Assembly: GCA_041665385.1 (NCBI GenBank) | Contig: JBAYIX010000004.1 | Coordinates: 1-63,684 of the forward strand | Source: Minisyncoccota bacterium | GTDB taxonomy: Bacteria; Patescibacteriota; Minisyncoccia; Phycocordibacterales; PALSA-1337 | DNA: 63,684 bases | Reading direction: 5' to 3' | Shown: positions 8,104-17,915 of the stretch, piece after piece | Layout of the letters: each line of letters opens with the position of its first letter | Position numbering within the stretch: the stretch's first letter is position 1 | Position numbers and translations under genes: made by a program | Notes under the pieces: model-generated | What the model saw: only the letters and a program-made list of their open reading frames with translations | Databases searched by the model: none | Told to the model about the DNA's origin: nothing

Positions 8104-8532
8104 TCAAATTCCCGCCTTTAACTTCCCGCCGCTTATCAACTCTTCCAAGTACATATCCTTATCTTTCAGACCTACCAATTCCTCCCAGCTGTACCACTTG
8201 TAAGAATCATTCTCACTTTCATCCAATATCACCACACCTTTTGCCTGACCGACATAAGTAATCCTCACCACATGATGCCCAACTTTTCTCAAAATATCTT
8301 GAGCGGCTATGATTTTCGGCTCCCCGACCAATTCCAGTCCCGTTTCTTCTTTTATTTCTCTTTTGAGATTCTCTATGAGAGTAGTTCCGGCATCTATCCG
8401 GCCGCCAACAATATCCCACCTACCCTTCACTTCCGGATACTTTTCCAAGGATCTCCGGAGCAACAAGTATTTCCCTTCTTCATTTTTCAAAAGGATTTTT
8501 GCACCGATTTGCAAAATAAGTTGTTTTTCCAT
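8104..8532 (-). CDS. Nudix hydrolase
   Basis: Nudix box GGRIDAGTTLIENLKREIKEETGL. The ATG at 8532 overlaps the secA stop (TAATG). Alternative in-frame starts exist at 8547 and 8580. Confidence 0.8.
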   Translation of the reverse strand: MEKQLILQIGAKILLKNEEGKYLLLRRSLEKYPEVKGRWDIVGGRIDAGTTLIENLKREIKEETGLELVGEPKIIAAQDILRKVGHHVVRITYVGQAKGVVILDESENDSYKWYSWEELVGLKDKDMYLEELISGGKLKAGI

Positions 8533-11138
8533 TACTTCCCGTGGCATTTCTTGAACTTCTTGCCTGACCCACACCAGCAAGGATCATTCCTGCCCACTTC
8601 CGGCTCCTTCTTGATATTTGAAATGACAGCACCGGAACCAGCGTTACTTGAACCAAAATTATTCGCGACACCGCCTCTAGCACCTTCTCTCGCACCATCC
8701 CCCGCGCCGATCGCGCGCGCATTTTCGTGTATCTCTCTCAATTGAGCACTTTCCTTTTCGTTATTTACGACCGCCTGACCATTCGAGACCGGAACAACAT
8801 TTGGCAATATGCGCAAGACTTGCCCCCTCATTGCCGCCTGCATTTCCTTGAACAGCCTCAAACCTTCTTTCTTGTATTCCACCAGAGGATCCCTCTGACC
8901 ATAGGCACGCAAGTTCACACTCGAACGGGTATAATCCATAACCTCCAAATGCTCCACCCAATACATATCGATTGTCTGCAACAAAACTATGCGCACAGCA
9001 GTGAGGAAATTTTCCTTGCCAAACTCCGCAATCTTCTTTTCTACCACCGCTTTCGCAGCAGTTTCGGACTCCGCTTCGCCATCTTTTTCACCGCCCATTT
9101 CACCTCCCCTTCCAGAACTGGAAACCATTGCGCCGGCAATCACATCATTTAGCTCATTTTCCACATCGTCGATATTTCCCGTGAGGAGCTTCCTCCGCCT
9201 TGCATACACGCTCGTCCTCTGAGTATTCATAACGTCGTCAAATTCGAGCACATGCTTCCTAGAATCAAAATTGAAACCTTCGATCTTTTCTTGTGCGCTC
9301 TCTAGAGCCTTCGATATGAGCCGATGCTCTATGGGCTCATCCTCGGCCACGCCTAACTTGCCCATCATAGACTTCATAGTATCGGAGGCAAAGACCTTCA
9401 TGAGTGAGTCCTCGAGCGACACGAAAAACTGAGTTTCACCGGGGTCGCCTTGCCTTCCAGAACGGCCACGAAGCTGGTTATCTATGCGCCTCGCCTCATG
9501 CCTCTCAGTGCCGAGCACGAAGAGACCGCCTGCTGACTTTACTTTTTCTGCAACTTCAGACGTGCTCGGATTACCACCGAGTTTGATATCAACACCACGT
9601 CCCGCCATATTGGTCGCTATGGTCACGCCACCGAATTTTCCCGCCTGAGCGACTATCTCACCTTCTTTTTCTGCATATTCCGGCTTTGCATTCAAAATAG
9701 ACGGCGAGAGTCCTTCTCCCTTCAAGAACTGTGACAAAAGCTCGTTCTTTTCTATGGAAACCGTACCGATAAGGACCGGCTGACCCTTGTCATGGAGCTC
9801 TTTTACCTTCCTCGCTATGGCGCGATACTTACCCACTTCGGTGCGGAAGATCTGGTCATTCTGATCTTTCCTTACAGCAGGCTTATTGGTCGGCACTTCG
9901 TAAACTTCAAGACCGTAAACTTTGTAAAATTCTTCACTAGATGTCGAAGCTGTACCTGTCATACCCGAAAGTTTGGGATACATACGAAAGAAATTTTGGA
10001 AAGTGATGGATGCATATGTCCTCGACTCTTGTTGGATCTTCACACCCTCCTTGGCTTCGATAGCCTGGTGCAAACCTTCGGACCACCGGCGACCCGGCTG
10101 CAAACGTCCGGTAAACTCATCCACGATGATAACCTCATTGTCACGGACGACATATTCCTTGTCCTTGTGATACATAGCCTTGGCTTTCACCGCTGTCTCC
10201 AAGTGATGCACAAACTTGATGCCCTTATCGGTATATATATTTTCTACACCTAGCATCTTTTCGGCTTTTTCTATTCCAGGACCGAGGAGTGTGATGGCGC
10301 GCTTTTTGAGATCCACAGTAAAGTCCTCACCCTCTTTGTAGTCGGAAGTGAGCGAAGAAAATTGCTTGTATATTGCTTCGGCGTCACGCGTAGGCGCGGA
10401 AATTATGAGAGGTGTCCTCGCTTCATCTATGAGGATAGAGTCGATCTCATCTACGATAGCATAGTTGAAAACCCTCTGACGTAGTCTGTCCGGACTGTAT
10501 TCCAAGTTGTCGCGGAGATAATCGAAGCCAAATTCATTGTTCGTACCATAGGTGATATCCGCCGCATACGCTTCCGCACGACTACAAGGTCTGAGGAAGT
10601 CGTGTATAACTTTGAATGATCCCACAAGGTCGCGCTCCTTGTCCTCTTCTTTTGCGGAAGGGTCGTATAGGAAGCTGGACTCGTGATTTATAACACCCAC
10701 GGTGAGACCGAGGGCGTTGTAGACTTGGCCCATCCAGACTGCGTCTCGACGAGAGAGGTAGTCATTCACCGTGACTATGTGTACCCCCTTTCCAGAAAGA
10801 GCATTGAGATACGCCGGCAGTGTCGCAACCAAAGTTTTACCTTCTCCAGTTCTCATCTCTGCTATACCACCACCATCGAGGACCATACCGCCTAAAAGTT
10901 GTACGTCGAAATGCCTCTGACCCAGCGTGCGCCTAGCCGCCTCTCGTACCACCGCAAATGCTTCGGGTAAAATATCCTCTCCCAGGCGACCTCGGAATTC
11001 CTCGGTTTTGGCCTTGAGCTCTTCATCCGAAAGCTTTTTTAGAGCCTCTTCAAAGGAACCTATCTTTGCCACCAGAGGTTCAAAGCGCTTTACGCTCGCG
11101 GTGTGCGTACTCTTGAAAATTTTGTTCAAAAATGACAT
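8532..11138 (-). CDS. secA: Preprotein translocase ATPase SecA
   Basis: 868 aa. The N-terminal motor includes MRTGEGKTLVATLPAYLNAL and DEIDSILIDEARTPLIIS. The C-terminal zinc-binding tail is CWCGSGKKFKKCHG. Confidence 0.95.
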   Translation of the reverse strand: MSFLNKIFKSTHTASVKRFEPLVAKIGSFEEALKKLSDEELKAKTEEFRGRLGEDILPEAFAVVREAARRTLGQRHFDVQLLGGMVLDGGGIAEMRTGEGKTLVATLPAYLNALSGKGVHIVTVNDYLSRRDAVWMGQVYNALGLTVGVINHESSFLYDPSAKEEDKERDLVGSFKVIHDFLRPCSRAEAYAADITYGTNNEFGFDYLRDNLEYSPDRLRQRVFNYAIVDEIDSILIDEARTPLIISAPTRDAEAIYKQFSSLTSDYKEGEDFTVDLKKRAITLLGPGIEKAEKMLGVENIYTDKGIKFVHHLETAVKAKAMYHKDKEYVVRDNEVIIVDEFTGRLQPGRRWSEGLHQAIEAKEGVKIQQESRTYASITFQNFFRMYPKLSGMTGTASTSSEEFYKVYGLEVYEVPTNKPAVRKDQNDQIFRTEVGKYRAIARKVKELHDKGQPVLIGTVSIEKNELLSQFLKGEGLSPSILNAKPEYAEKEGEIVAQAGKFGGVTIATNMAGRGVDIKLGGNPSTSEVAEKVKSAGGLFVLGTERHEARRIDNQLRGRSGRQGDPGETQFFVSLEDSLMKVFASDTMKSMMGKLGVAEDEPIEHRLISKALESAQEKIEGFNFDSRKHVLEFDDVMNTQRTSVYARRRKLLTGNIDDVENELNDVIAGAMVSSSGRGGEMGGEKDGEAESETAAKAVVEKKIAEFGKENFLTAVRIVLLQTIDMYWVEHLEVMDYTRSSVNLRAYGQRDPLVEYKKEGLRLFKEMQAAMRGQVLRILPNVVPVSNGQAVVNNEKESAQLREIHENARAIGAGDGAREGARGGVANNFGSSNAGSGAVISNIKKEPEVGRNDPCWCGSGKKFKKCHGK

Positions 11139-11171
11139 ATGGAAACTACTATAGCATATTTTGGAGCGTGG

Positions 11172-12215
11172 TTAATTGACCCACTCAACTTCACCCTCTA
11201 CCTCTATGCCGGTCTTGTCTTTTACTTCATCGATCAGCTGACGCGCGAGATTTACCACTTCTTCGGACTTGGCACCCGGCTTTGCCACGATGACCAGAGC
11301 TTGCGTAAAATGAGTGCAAACATTGCCCACACATACACCTTTTTTATTACAGATCTTATCTAGGATCCAACCCAAAGGCACCTTTACGAGGCCGCTTTTT
11401 TCTTTGTAGCCAGGTAAATCCGGATATTTTTGTTTTAATTCCGCATAGTGAACTTCAGTAATAACCGGATTTTTAAAAAAAGATCCGGCATTGCCCCAGA
11501 GCTTCCAGTCCGGCAGTTTATTCCAACGTATTTCTATCACTGCTTTTCGTACCTCCTTCAGATCCGGAACTATTTCTGGGTGTGTTTCGAAATATACCTT
11601 GAGATCACGATATGAAATATTGACCCGGCCATTCTTACGGAGACGGAAACAAACTGAGGTGATGATATAGTAGTCCTTCTTTTGCTTGAACAAGCTAGAA
11701 CGATAATTGAATCCGCAATCCCTGCCCGACATACTTATGAATGTGTGCGACTTGGTATCATATGCACGCACAGAATACACTGTCTCTGCTGCCTCCATGC
11801 CATATGCTCCGATATTCTGTACTGGCGCGGCACCGACAGTACCAGGTACAGCGGAAAGATTTTCTATACCATACAGGCCTTTGTCCACCATCTTTTCCAC
11901 AAAACTATCCCACAGCTCCCCCGCCGCCGCAGTAACATAGACATACTCTTCGCCTACTGGGTCGGGTTCGAATCTTTCTTTTTCAATCTTTATACCCTTC
12001 ATCTCCATCTTTATGACCAAGCCTTCGAAGCCACTGTCAGAAAAAAGCACATTTGACCCTTCACCGAGGACAAATATCTTTTGTTTGTTTTCGGTGGCGA
12101 ACTTCACGGCACTTTCGATATCTTTCTCATTTTTGACCGAACAAAAAAACTTGGCCGGTCCGCCGAGTCGGAATGTTGTATGTTCGCTCAAAGGTATGTT
12201 TGTGAGGATTTTCAT
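11172..12215 (-). CDS. murB: UDP-N-acetylenolpyruvoylglucosamine reductase
   Basis: FAD-binding N-domain LSEHTTFRLGGPAKFF...VLGEGSNVLF and the MurB C-terminal motif NAGSFFKNP. ATG 12215 (MKILTNIPL) is preferred over the longer track start at 12299. Confidence 0.9.
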   Translation of the reverse strand: MKILTNIPLSEHTTFRLGGPAKFFCSVKNEKDIESAVKFATENKQKIFVLGEGSNVLFSDSGFEGLVIKMEMKGIKIEKERFEPDPVGEEYVYVTAAAGELWDSFVEKMVDKGLYGIENLSAVPGTVGAAPVQNIGAYGMEAAETVYSVRAYDTKSHTFISMSGRDCGFNYRSSLFKQKKDYYIITSVCFRLRKNGRVNISYRDLKVYFETHPEIVPDLKEVRKAVIEIRWNKLPDWKLWGNAGSFFKNPVITEVHYAELKQKYPDLPGYKEKSGLVKVPLGWILDKICNKKGVCVGNVCTHFTQALVIVAKPGAKSEEVVNLARQLIDEVKDKTGIEVEGEVEWVN

Positions 12216-12456
12216 TTGAGAGATCAAATTATACACAAATAAGACCGATGTGAAAACAAACCATGATAGATATTCATAAATCGCGCAAATTGTTGGCAAG
12301 CGGGTGCGAGCTCCAAAAAATATTGTCTAAATATATGTGAGTACAGCCGCCTGCCAACACTGTGCACGATCATATCCACAGATAATTATACCACCTGCTT
12401 TCCATATGGTATACTTGTACATGTGAGTGTTTGAGCGAGCAAGTTCCAATATGTCT

Positions 12457-12491
12457 AACGCAAAGTCCCGCCCTCGGCGGGTTTTTGCGTT
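12457..12491. terminator. Hairpin terminator-like element downstream of the 12536 gene, with T-runs on the plus side
   Basis: AACGCAAA-gt-CCCGCC-ctc-GGCGGG-tt-TTTGCGTT. It lies 45 nt after the minus-strand stop at 12536. The clean T-tract is on the plus strand, so direction is ambiguous. Confidence 0.45.
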
Positions 12492-12535
12492 CTATTTATT
12501 TTCTACCGGTATTTCCACAACAGACCAGCGCTGTC

Positions 12536-14746
12536 TTATTTTAGAACCTCAGCCACTGCCGCGTCTATCTGCGCTTTGAATTGCGGGTTATCTTTCTCTA
12601 TGGATCGCAGTGTTGCCACGGCGGCATTTTTCTGACCAGCTGCATACTGCACCTGAGCCATGTGGACCTTCAGGTTGACATCTGTTGGCTTCTTTTCTAC
12701 GAGACTGCTATATATTGCCAAGCTCTTGCCATACGCCTTTGCCGCGGCATATACCTGCGCCGCCTGTTCGGTCGTGAATATATCGGGTCGATCAGGGAAA
12801 ATCTGCTTTGCCTTTGCTTCTTCTCCAGAAAGCACTAGGCCGAGAGCGTACGCCGACTGCGCAATGCCATAGCTGGGATCAGATTCATACGCTTCTTTTA
12901 GGAGGGCGAGGCCTTTTTCCACATTACCACTGTTTATGTAGTTGTTTGCGAGCTCGAAACTCACACTTTGCTTCCTCGGTGTGAGGGCGTGAGCCTGCTC
13001 CAAAATGACCTGGGCCAGTTGCACCTGACCGGCAGCATTCATGAACTGTCCACCCAGGACATACATGCGCGCATCCTTGGGTGCGGAAGCTATCTGAGCT
13101 TGTATGGCATTCACCGCCTCCGTGAACAGGAGTTGTTTTGCGGGACCAGGGACTTGCTGATTACCGAGGACTCCGTTCGTACAAGAAACTATCTGTTCGC
13201 GGGTTTCCTGATATGCGACATATGCGCCAGTAGCAAAGACTTTCTGGAAGAATGCGGCATCTGCTTGTGACGTATTGCAAGCTTGCAGTGCTGTGATGAG
13301 ACGAGTGTTTGCTATGATAACCCGCACATTGAAGAAGTAAAGTCCGGCAATGAGAGCGACTATGCATACAGGTATTACCACATATTCTACGATATCAAGA
13401 CTAAAATCTTTTTTCGATCCGAGCACGGGTACGGGCTTGCCTTTCCTTTCCACATACAAAGCTGAGCTCACAAAAGCCAGGATGGCAAAGAATGCCACAT
13501 AACTCGCAAGGTTGTCGAAGACAAAGATATTGTGGACAGCATATGCCGCACCGAGGCCAGTGAGCACGCTCTTTTGCGCCACTCCGAGATGAGATTTCCA
13601 TATACCTCGAAATAGGAGGAAATAAAGCGAAAGATAAGCGATGAGACCTACAGACCCCGCCGCAACCAACCAGTCTAAGTAGACATTGTGGGCCCGATCG
13701 AACCATTGTTCCTGTGTCCACATTGCCGGGTTGTAGTTCGCATTGAAAATATAATTAAAATTTTCCTGTCCCCAACCCAAAACCGGACGCTGTGTGAAGC
13801 CTGTGAGAGCCATCGGCCAGATGTAGCCGCGAGCCTGAGTTTTTGCGTCATTTATAGATATGGATGCGAGACGTCTCAGAGCTTCGTGATTTTGCACAAA
13901 TGTGCTTTGCCTATTGGCCCAGAATATTCCAGTAGCGAGAACGATAGCGATTATTATGCCACCACATATCATCCTAGAATTCTTGGAGCCTTGCTTTGCA
14001 AGTACTGCGTACAGAAACAGTGTGAGCATAGTGCCACCTACTAGACCTATCATAGTGCCACGAGTTGCAGTTTCAAAGAGGATAAATGCAAAGAGTACGG
14101 AAAGTGCGCCATAGAGCCACTGGAGTTGCTTCGATGCGCTCTTTTTTCTGGAATCAAAGAGCATGTAGACGGCTATACCCACATTCATGAGCATGTATAC
14201 GGCAAGGTATGCGGCATTACCGAGAGATGCATCTATACGGCTCGAACCCTGGTGTATTTCCGCCCCGCCGAAGAACTGTACGAGAGCGTATATGGATACT
14301 ATGATGCCACCAACGATGAATGTATTCATCCAAGCTCTCCACCATTTCATAGACTCTTCATTGGAAGCGTGGGAAGAATTGAAACCAAAAAGGCCTGAAG
14401 TGGTGATATAGAACATCCAGAGATGAGCTATAGTTATCCAGCCTTCCATACGTTCAAAGTTTGACCAGAGACTACGAAGAGGGTTCACACCGAGCAAGTC
14501 TGCGGCGAGAACGATCAGAGCAAACAAAGTGACGGCAATAGTCATAGCATTCAGTCGTGGACGATATCTGGCATCTATGAAAGCGAGGACTATGTAGCTC
14601 GCGAAAGCGATCTCAACCAAGATACGGAAATAGAATGCCTTACCAGTAATAAATGGGAAAAAGTAACTATTTGCGACTATTAACGGGAAAAAAGGTATTA
14701 GGAACAGTGCGGCGAGCGCAATGAAGCGCGATGTTGATTTGATCAT
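12536..14746 (-). CDS. O-antigen ligase (Wzy_C)-like polytopic membrane domain fused to a C-terminal TPR-repeat domain
   Basis: The membrane part carries ETATRGTMIGLVGG, GWGQENF and AHNVYLDWLVAAGSVGL, typical of O-antigen ligase/polymerase-like proteins. The last ~250 aa are TPR-like Ala/Tyr/Leu-rich repeats. The start is ATG 14746 (MIKSTSRF). Confidence 0.7.
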   Translation of the reverse strand: MIKSTSRFIALAALFLIPFFPLIVANSYFFPFITGKAFYFRILVEIAFASYIVLAFIDARYRPRLNAMTIAVTLFALIVLAADLLGVNPLRSLWSNFERMEGWITIAHLWMFYITTSGLFGFNSSHASNEESMKWWRAWMNTFIVGGIIVSIYALVQFFGGAEIHQGSSRIDASLGNAAYLAVYMLMNVGIAVYMLFDSRKKSASKQLQWLYGALSVLFAFILFETATRGTMIGLVGGTMLTLFLYAVLAKQGSKNSRMICGGIIIAIVLATGIFWANRQSTFVQNHEALRRLASISINDAKTQARGYIWPMALTGFTQRPVLGWGQENFNYIFNANYNPAMWTQEQWFDRAHNVYLDWLVAAGSVGLIAYLSLYFLLFRGIWKSHLGVAQKSVLTGLGAAYAVHNIFVFDNLASYVAFFAILAFVSSALYVERKGKPVPVLGSKKDFSLDIVEYVVIPVCIVALIAGLYFFNVRVIIANTRLITALQACNTSQADAAFFQKVFATGAYVAYQETREQIVSCTNGVLGNQQVPGPAKQLLFTEAVNAIQAQIASAPKDARMYVLGGQFMNAAGQVQLAQVILEQAHALTPRKQSVSFELANNYINSGNVEKGLALLKEAYESDPSYGIAQSAYALGLVLSGEEAKAKQIFPDRPDIFTTEQAAQVYAAAKAYGKSLAIYSSLVEKKPTDVNLKVHMAQVQYAAGQKNAAVATLRSIEKDNPQFKAQIDAAVAEVLK

Positions 14747-14829
14747 GGTGTGAAAACTATAACATATGGGCAAAAGCGCGCCAATGTGGTTCGGGATTGA
14801 TGACCGGAGTAATAGTCAGGCAAGATGGA

Positions 14830-14935
14830 GCCCCTAGCACAGCAAGCTCTTTCTCCGGATTTGAAATAGTTGTGCAGGGTCCGAGTATTGATAATACTTC
14901 ACAAATCCGGAGAAGGAGCGTGCTGTGCTAGGGGC
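14830..14935. repeat. Nested-palindrome element D (subfamily 1 core, + orientation)
   Basis: The arms are 14830-14863 / 14902-14935, with 32 of 34 Watson-Crick pairs, one T:G and one A:G. The core at 14855-14910 is CCGGATTTGAAATAGTTGTGCAGGGTCCGAGTATTGATAATACTTCACAAATCCGG. Confidence 0.8.
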
Positions 14936-14971
14936 TAGGTGCCCAACCAATTTGTATTTCATTCAAAAAAG

Positions 14972-15000
14972 TTGACAATATCCATATTTCTGTTATAAAT
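14972..15000 (+). promoter_or_regulatory. Near-consensus sigma70-type promoter for the 15075 gene
   Basis: TTGACA (14972-14977), a 16-nt spacer, then extended -10 TGtTATAAA (14991-14999). A Shine-Dalgarno AAGGTGA (15064-15070) lies just before ATG 15075. Confidence 0.5.
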
Positions 15001-15074
15001 AAAGTGTAGCAGTTCAGCTTCGTCGTGCTCTTGCACAAGACGATGCTTTTGAAAACCGAACAAAAGGTGAAAAG

Positions 15075-15716
15075 ATGAATACTTCAGAGCGGATTAACAT
15101 TGAAAATCTCCACTCCCCATATCTCACGAAAGAAACTAACCTCGAACATTGGATCGTGAAGACAGAGGAGTTTTATCGGAGGCGTCTCAAACACACAGTC
15201 GATCTCCGGCGAATGTTCGCTTTCCCGGAAAGACTGCAGTGGGCGAGTGCCATTCCTGTTTACGATCCAGGTACCCTGGACAACAATGCAGCAGTACGCC
15301 TTCTTGGTAAACAACTAGTAGAGACTGACCTCGATTTCGATGTCATGAGGTGCAAAAACAGCAAGGCAACCGGAACTCCGACACTCCACCTCATCGAAAA
15401 TTCTGTCGAACCGACTTCGTGGACACGTCCTCCCAGGGGTGCATCGCCAAGTCATCTTTTGGAAACTGAGGAAAATTTTTTGGGATTACGTGGATGGGCT
15501 ATCGCATACGCAGTGTACAATTACGTTATCACTCACGGTATCATGGACCCCACTACACTGACCTATTTCCCCGCGGACGCCTTGTCAAACGGGAAAATCC
15601 CCGGCGGCAATGGATATTCCTCACAAAAACACGTGAGGTTCACTCTTTCCGAACCTGATGAGGTATATATTTACAATGGTGCCCGCGTGGCACTGTCCGT
15701 TCCCCGGCGGCCCTAA
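15075..15716 (+). CDS. Hypothetical protein (213 aa), no recognisable domain
   Basis: Clean ORF with a strong SD and promoter. It is a plus-strand gene flanked on both sides by minus-strand genes (12536-14746 upstream, the glycosylation run from 15902 downstream). It is flanked by repeat elements D and E. Confidence 0.6.
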   Translation: MNTSERINIENLHSPYLTKETNLEHWIVKTEEFYRRRLKHTVDLRRMFAFPERLQWASAIPVYDPGTLDNNAAVRLLGKQLVETDLDFDVMRCKNSKATGTPTLHLIENSVEPTSWTRPPRGASPSHLLETEENFLGLRGWAIAYAVYNYVITHGIMDPTTLTYFPADALSNGKIPGGNGYSSQKHVRFTLSEPDEVYIYNGARVALSVPRRP

Positions 15717-15794
15717 AGTTCCTTTCGCTAAGAGCCCCATGGCACAGAGTTTCCTCTGTGCCATTTTTTGTGTGAGCCTTTGTTGGTCACCTTG

Positions 15795-15901
15795 CCCCCG
15801 AGACTGCACACGGCATTTTGCCGGATTTGCGAGCTCTTATGATTACCCGGATCATGCACAACTTCTCAAATCCGGCAAAATGCCGTGTGCAGTCTCGGGG
15901 G
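15795..15901. repeat. Nested-palindrome element E (subfamily 2 core, - orientation)
   Basis: Perfect 35-bp arms at 15795-15829 / 15867-15901 (CCCCCGAGACTGCACACGGCATTTTGCCGGATTTG). The interior is CGAGCTCTTATGATTACCCGGATCATGCACAACTTCT. The right arm abuts the stop codon at 15902-15904. Confidence 0.85.
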
Positions 15902-17158
15902 CTACACTCTACCGCTCTTCACAAAAAAGTAAACATTGATGAGCAACATCACCACCCACGATACTCCGTTTTCCACCACCGCCCCCGCGAGCCCATAACT
16001 ATAGATGAGCACCACCGATAGAAATATCGTCACAATATTACTCAGCACCGTGAGCTTGTAAAGTGTCACCGTATCCCTCTTCACTTGAAAATATGAACTG
16101 AAAAGCGCTATTCCCGGCACAGTAGCAAGCCCAAGCATATATACCTGCGAATACCAGACCGCGTCCAAATACTTCGGAAAGAAAATAGCATAGATATACG
16201 GCGCAGCAAAATAATAGACCGCAACACCAAGGATCGTCACAGCTGTCAGACGAAAGACCTTATCGAGCACACTAGCGCGGAGTAGGCTCGGATCCGCACT
16301 CGACATCTTTGGCAGAGCAATATTAAAAAGGTTTTTATAGCTTCCCTTCACCTGCTCCGGTATAGCAATAGCAAAAGCATAGATCGCGAGCTCTGCCGCG
16401 CCCAAGAAATGAAATACTAGAACCTTGTCGAGCTGATTTGCGAGCGTACCAAAGAAGTTCATATAGCTCACATGCTTGCCATACGATATCATATCCGGAT
16501 CTGTAACATTGTTTGGCTGATATTTCCGAATAATATAAAAATAGAATAGACTTGCAAATATCGCACTTGAAATAAAATTTACTGCTACGAGCACTACGGC
16601 ATCATGTATGAATATCGCGGTAACTATGAGGAGTAGTGTCGTACCTATCTGTGACGACATTGCAAACACTGTCGATCTTTTGAAATCCTTCCTACCGGAA
16701 AAAAGTGAATTCGACAGACTGTAGGCATTTATGAGGGGCATACATGTACCTGCGATGATCAATGCGATACCAAGTCCGATATTTTCTACGAAGAAATAGT
16801 ACAGTGCCATAACAAGCGCCACTGCCCACGGGAACACACCCCAGCGTAGACTGGTCCGCACTGCATCTCGGAGCACACCCTCCTTCCCCGCCGCGACAGC
16901 CTGTATGACGGCAGTTCCCATACCCGCCAAAGACAGCGCGCCCAGTATGCTCACCGCAGAGAGTATGAACTTGTAGTTACCATACACTTCGCGTGGCAAG
17001 TATGCCGCGAAAACAACTGCGGAGGCAAAAACCAAAGCCAGAGAAATAGCCTGACCAAAGGAAGTCCAAAATCCGGATACAACCGCATAGAGCATATCGG
17101 TCTTGAAGTACCTTTCGCTCAGACGCAAGAGATCATATGTTTTTTGCTTTATAGACAT
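15902..17158 (-). CDS. Wzx-like oligosaccharide/polysaccharide flippase (MOP superfamily)
   Basis: 418 aa with ~12 predicted TM segments. The N-terminus (LRLSERYFKTDMLYAVVSGFWTSFGQAISL) and overall architecture are typical of polysaccharide biosynthesis flippases. Confidence 0.65.
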   Translation of the reverse strand: MSIKQKTYDLLRLSERYFKTDMLYAVVSGFWTSFGQAISLALVFASAVVFAAYLPREVYGNYKFILSAVSILGALSLAGMGTAVIQAVAAGKEGVLRDAVRTSLRWGVFPWAVALVMALYYFFVENIGLGIALIIAGTCMPLINAYSLSNSLFSGRKDFKRSTVFAMSSQIGTTLLLIVTAIFIHDAVVLVAVNFISSAIFASLFYFYIIRKYQPNNVTDPDMISYGKHVSYMNFFGTLANQLDKVLVFHFLGAAELAIYAFAIAIPEQVKGSYKNLFNIALPKMSSADPSLLRASVLDKVFRLTAVTILGVAVYYFAAPYIYAIFFPKYLDAVWYSQVYMLGLATVPGIALFSSYFQVKRDTVTLYKLTVLSNIVTIFLSVVLIYSYGLAGAVVENGVSWVVMLLINVYFFVKSGRV

Positions 17159-17901
17159 TACTTTAGTCGGAGCACGTATATCATCTCATGGAACAGACCA
17201 GGGATGATATGACGAAATACAATGTCCGCCAATGGTTGAAGTGTACGACCCAGCACCGGAATCGCCCAGAGCTTTGGCACAAAGAGACCGTTCGGAATTT
17301 TCTTTATGATATGAAAATGCTTCCGAAGCATGATCTCATACTTGGCATACGACACATAGTCTTTGCGATACTCCGCATCTCGAAGCTTGAGCCTGGCATG
17401 TATAGAGTCATGTGCCGCCAGACTGGTCATATATATGCCATCTTTTTTTATATACTGTTTCAAAAAAGCCATTTCACCTTCATATATTGCCGGTGCTAAG
17501 TAGCCTAGACCGAGAGCGATATCAAATGAACCTTCCATGCCCGCATTGGGAAAAACTTGGTTATCTTTTACAAAAAAAGAAATTTTTGGATCAGTCGTGA
17601 TACGCTTCGCTGTCTCGATCATATCTATGGAAATATCCGTACCGACTAGAGCAGAAAAGTTTTCCGGAAATCTTTGCGAGACTGCACGTGTCATTACTCC
17701 ATCTGCACAGGCAATATCTATGAGTTTCATATCCTTTTTTCCACTCACATATTTTGCCAATAAACGAAGTGTTATTGCTAACCTATTCTGGAAAAAGTAT
17801 TGGGTATAACTTTTGGGCGCACCGAGATAGCGCTTCCTTGAATAGGATTCGCTTTCTTTGTTATAGAAGGAAATTATTTCGGTTTCTCTAGGATTTGGCA
17901 T
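17158..17901 (-). CDS. Class I SAM-dependent methyltransferase
   Basis: Motif I-like KLIDIACADGVMT followed by an acidic residue (VGTDIS). It overlaps the downstream gene by 1 nt. Confidence 0.65.
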   Translation of the reverse strand: MPNPRETEIISFYNKESESYSRKRYLGAPKSYTQYFFQNRLAITLRLLAKYVSGKKDMKLIDIACADGVMTRAVSQRFPENFSALVGTDISIDMIETAKRITTDPKISFFVKDNQVFPNAGMEGSFDIALGLGYLAPAIYEGEMAFLKQYIKKDGIYMTSLAAHDSIHARLKLRDAEYRKDYVSYAKYEIMLRKHFHIIKKIPNGLFVPKLWAIPVLGRTLQPLADIVFRHIIPGLFHEMIYVLRLK

Positions 17902-17915
17902 GAATGTAGACGCAC

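Noticed and set aside
7907-8107. 66-aa minus-strand ORF between the AI-2E and Nudix genes
   Set aside because: It runs through hairpin element C and its flanks. It has no motif and no SD, so it is most likely spurious.
12300-12456. Small RNA between murB and the O-antigen-ligase-like gene, suggested by a possible extended -10 TGgTATACT followed by the 12457-12491 hairpin with plus-strand T-runs
   Set aside because: The -35 is weak, and there is no other support. The hairpin is adequately explained as the terminator of the convergently ending minus-strand gene, so the idea is too speculative to call.
14830-15901. Integron gene cassette with attC sites
   Set aside because: attC sites have conserved outer R''/R' boxes (RYYYAAC / GTTRRRY) and a variable centre. 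Here the centre is conserved and the outer arms are unique. No integrase is present.
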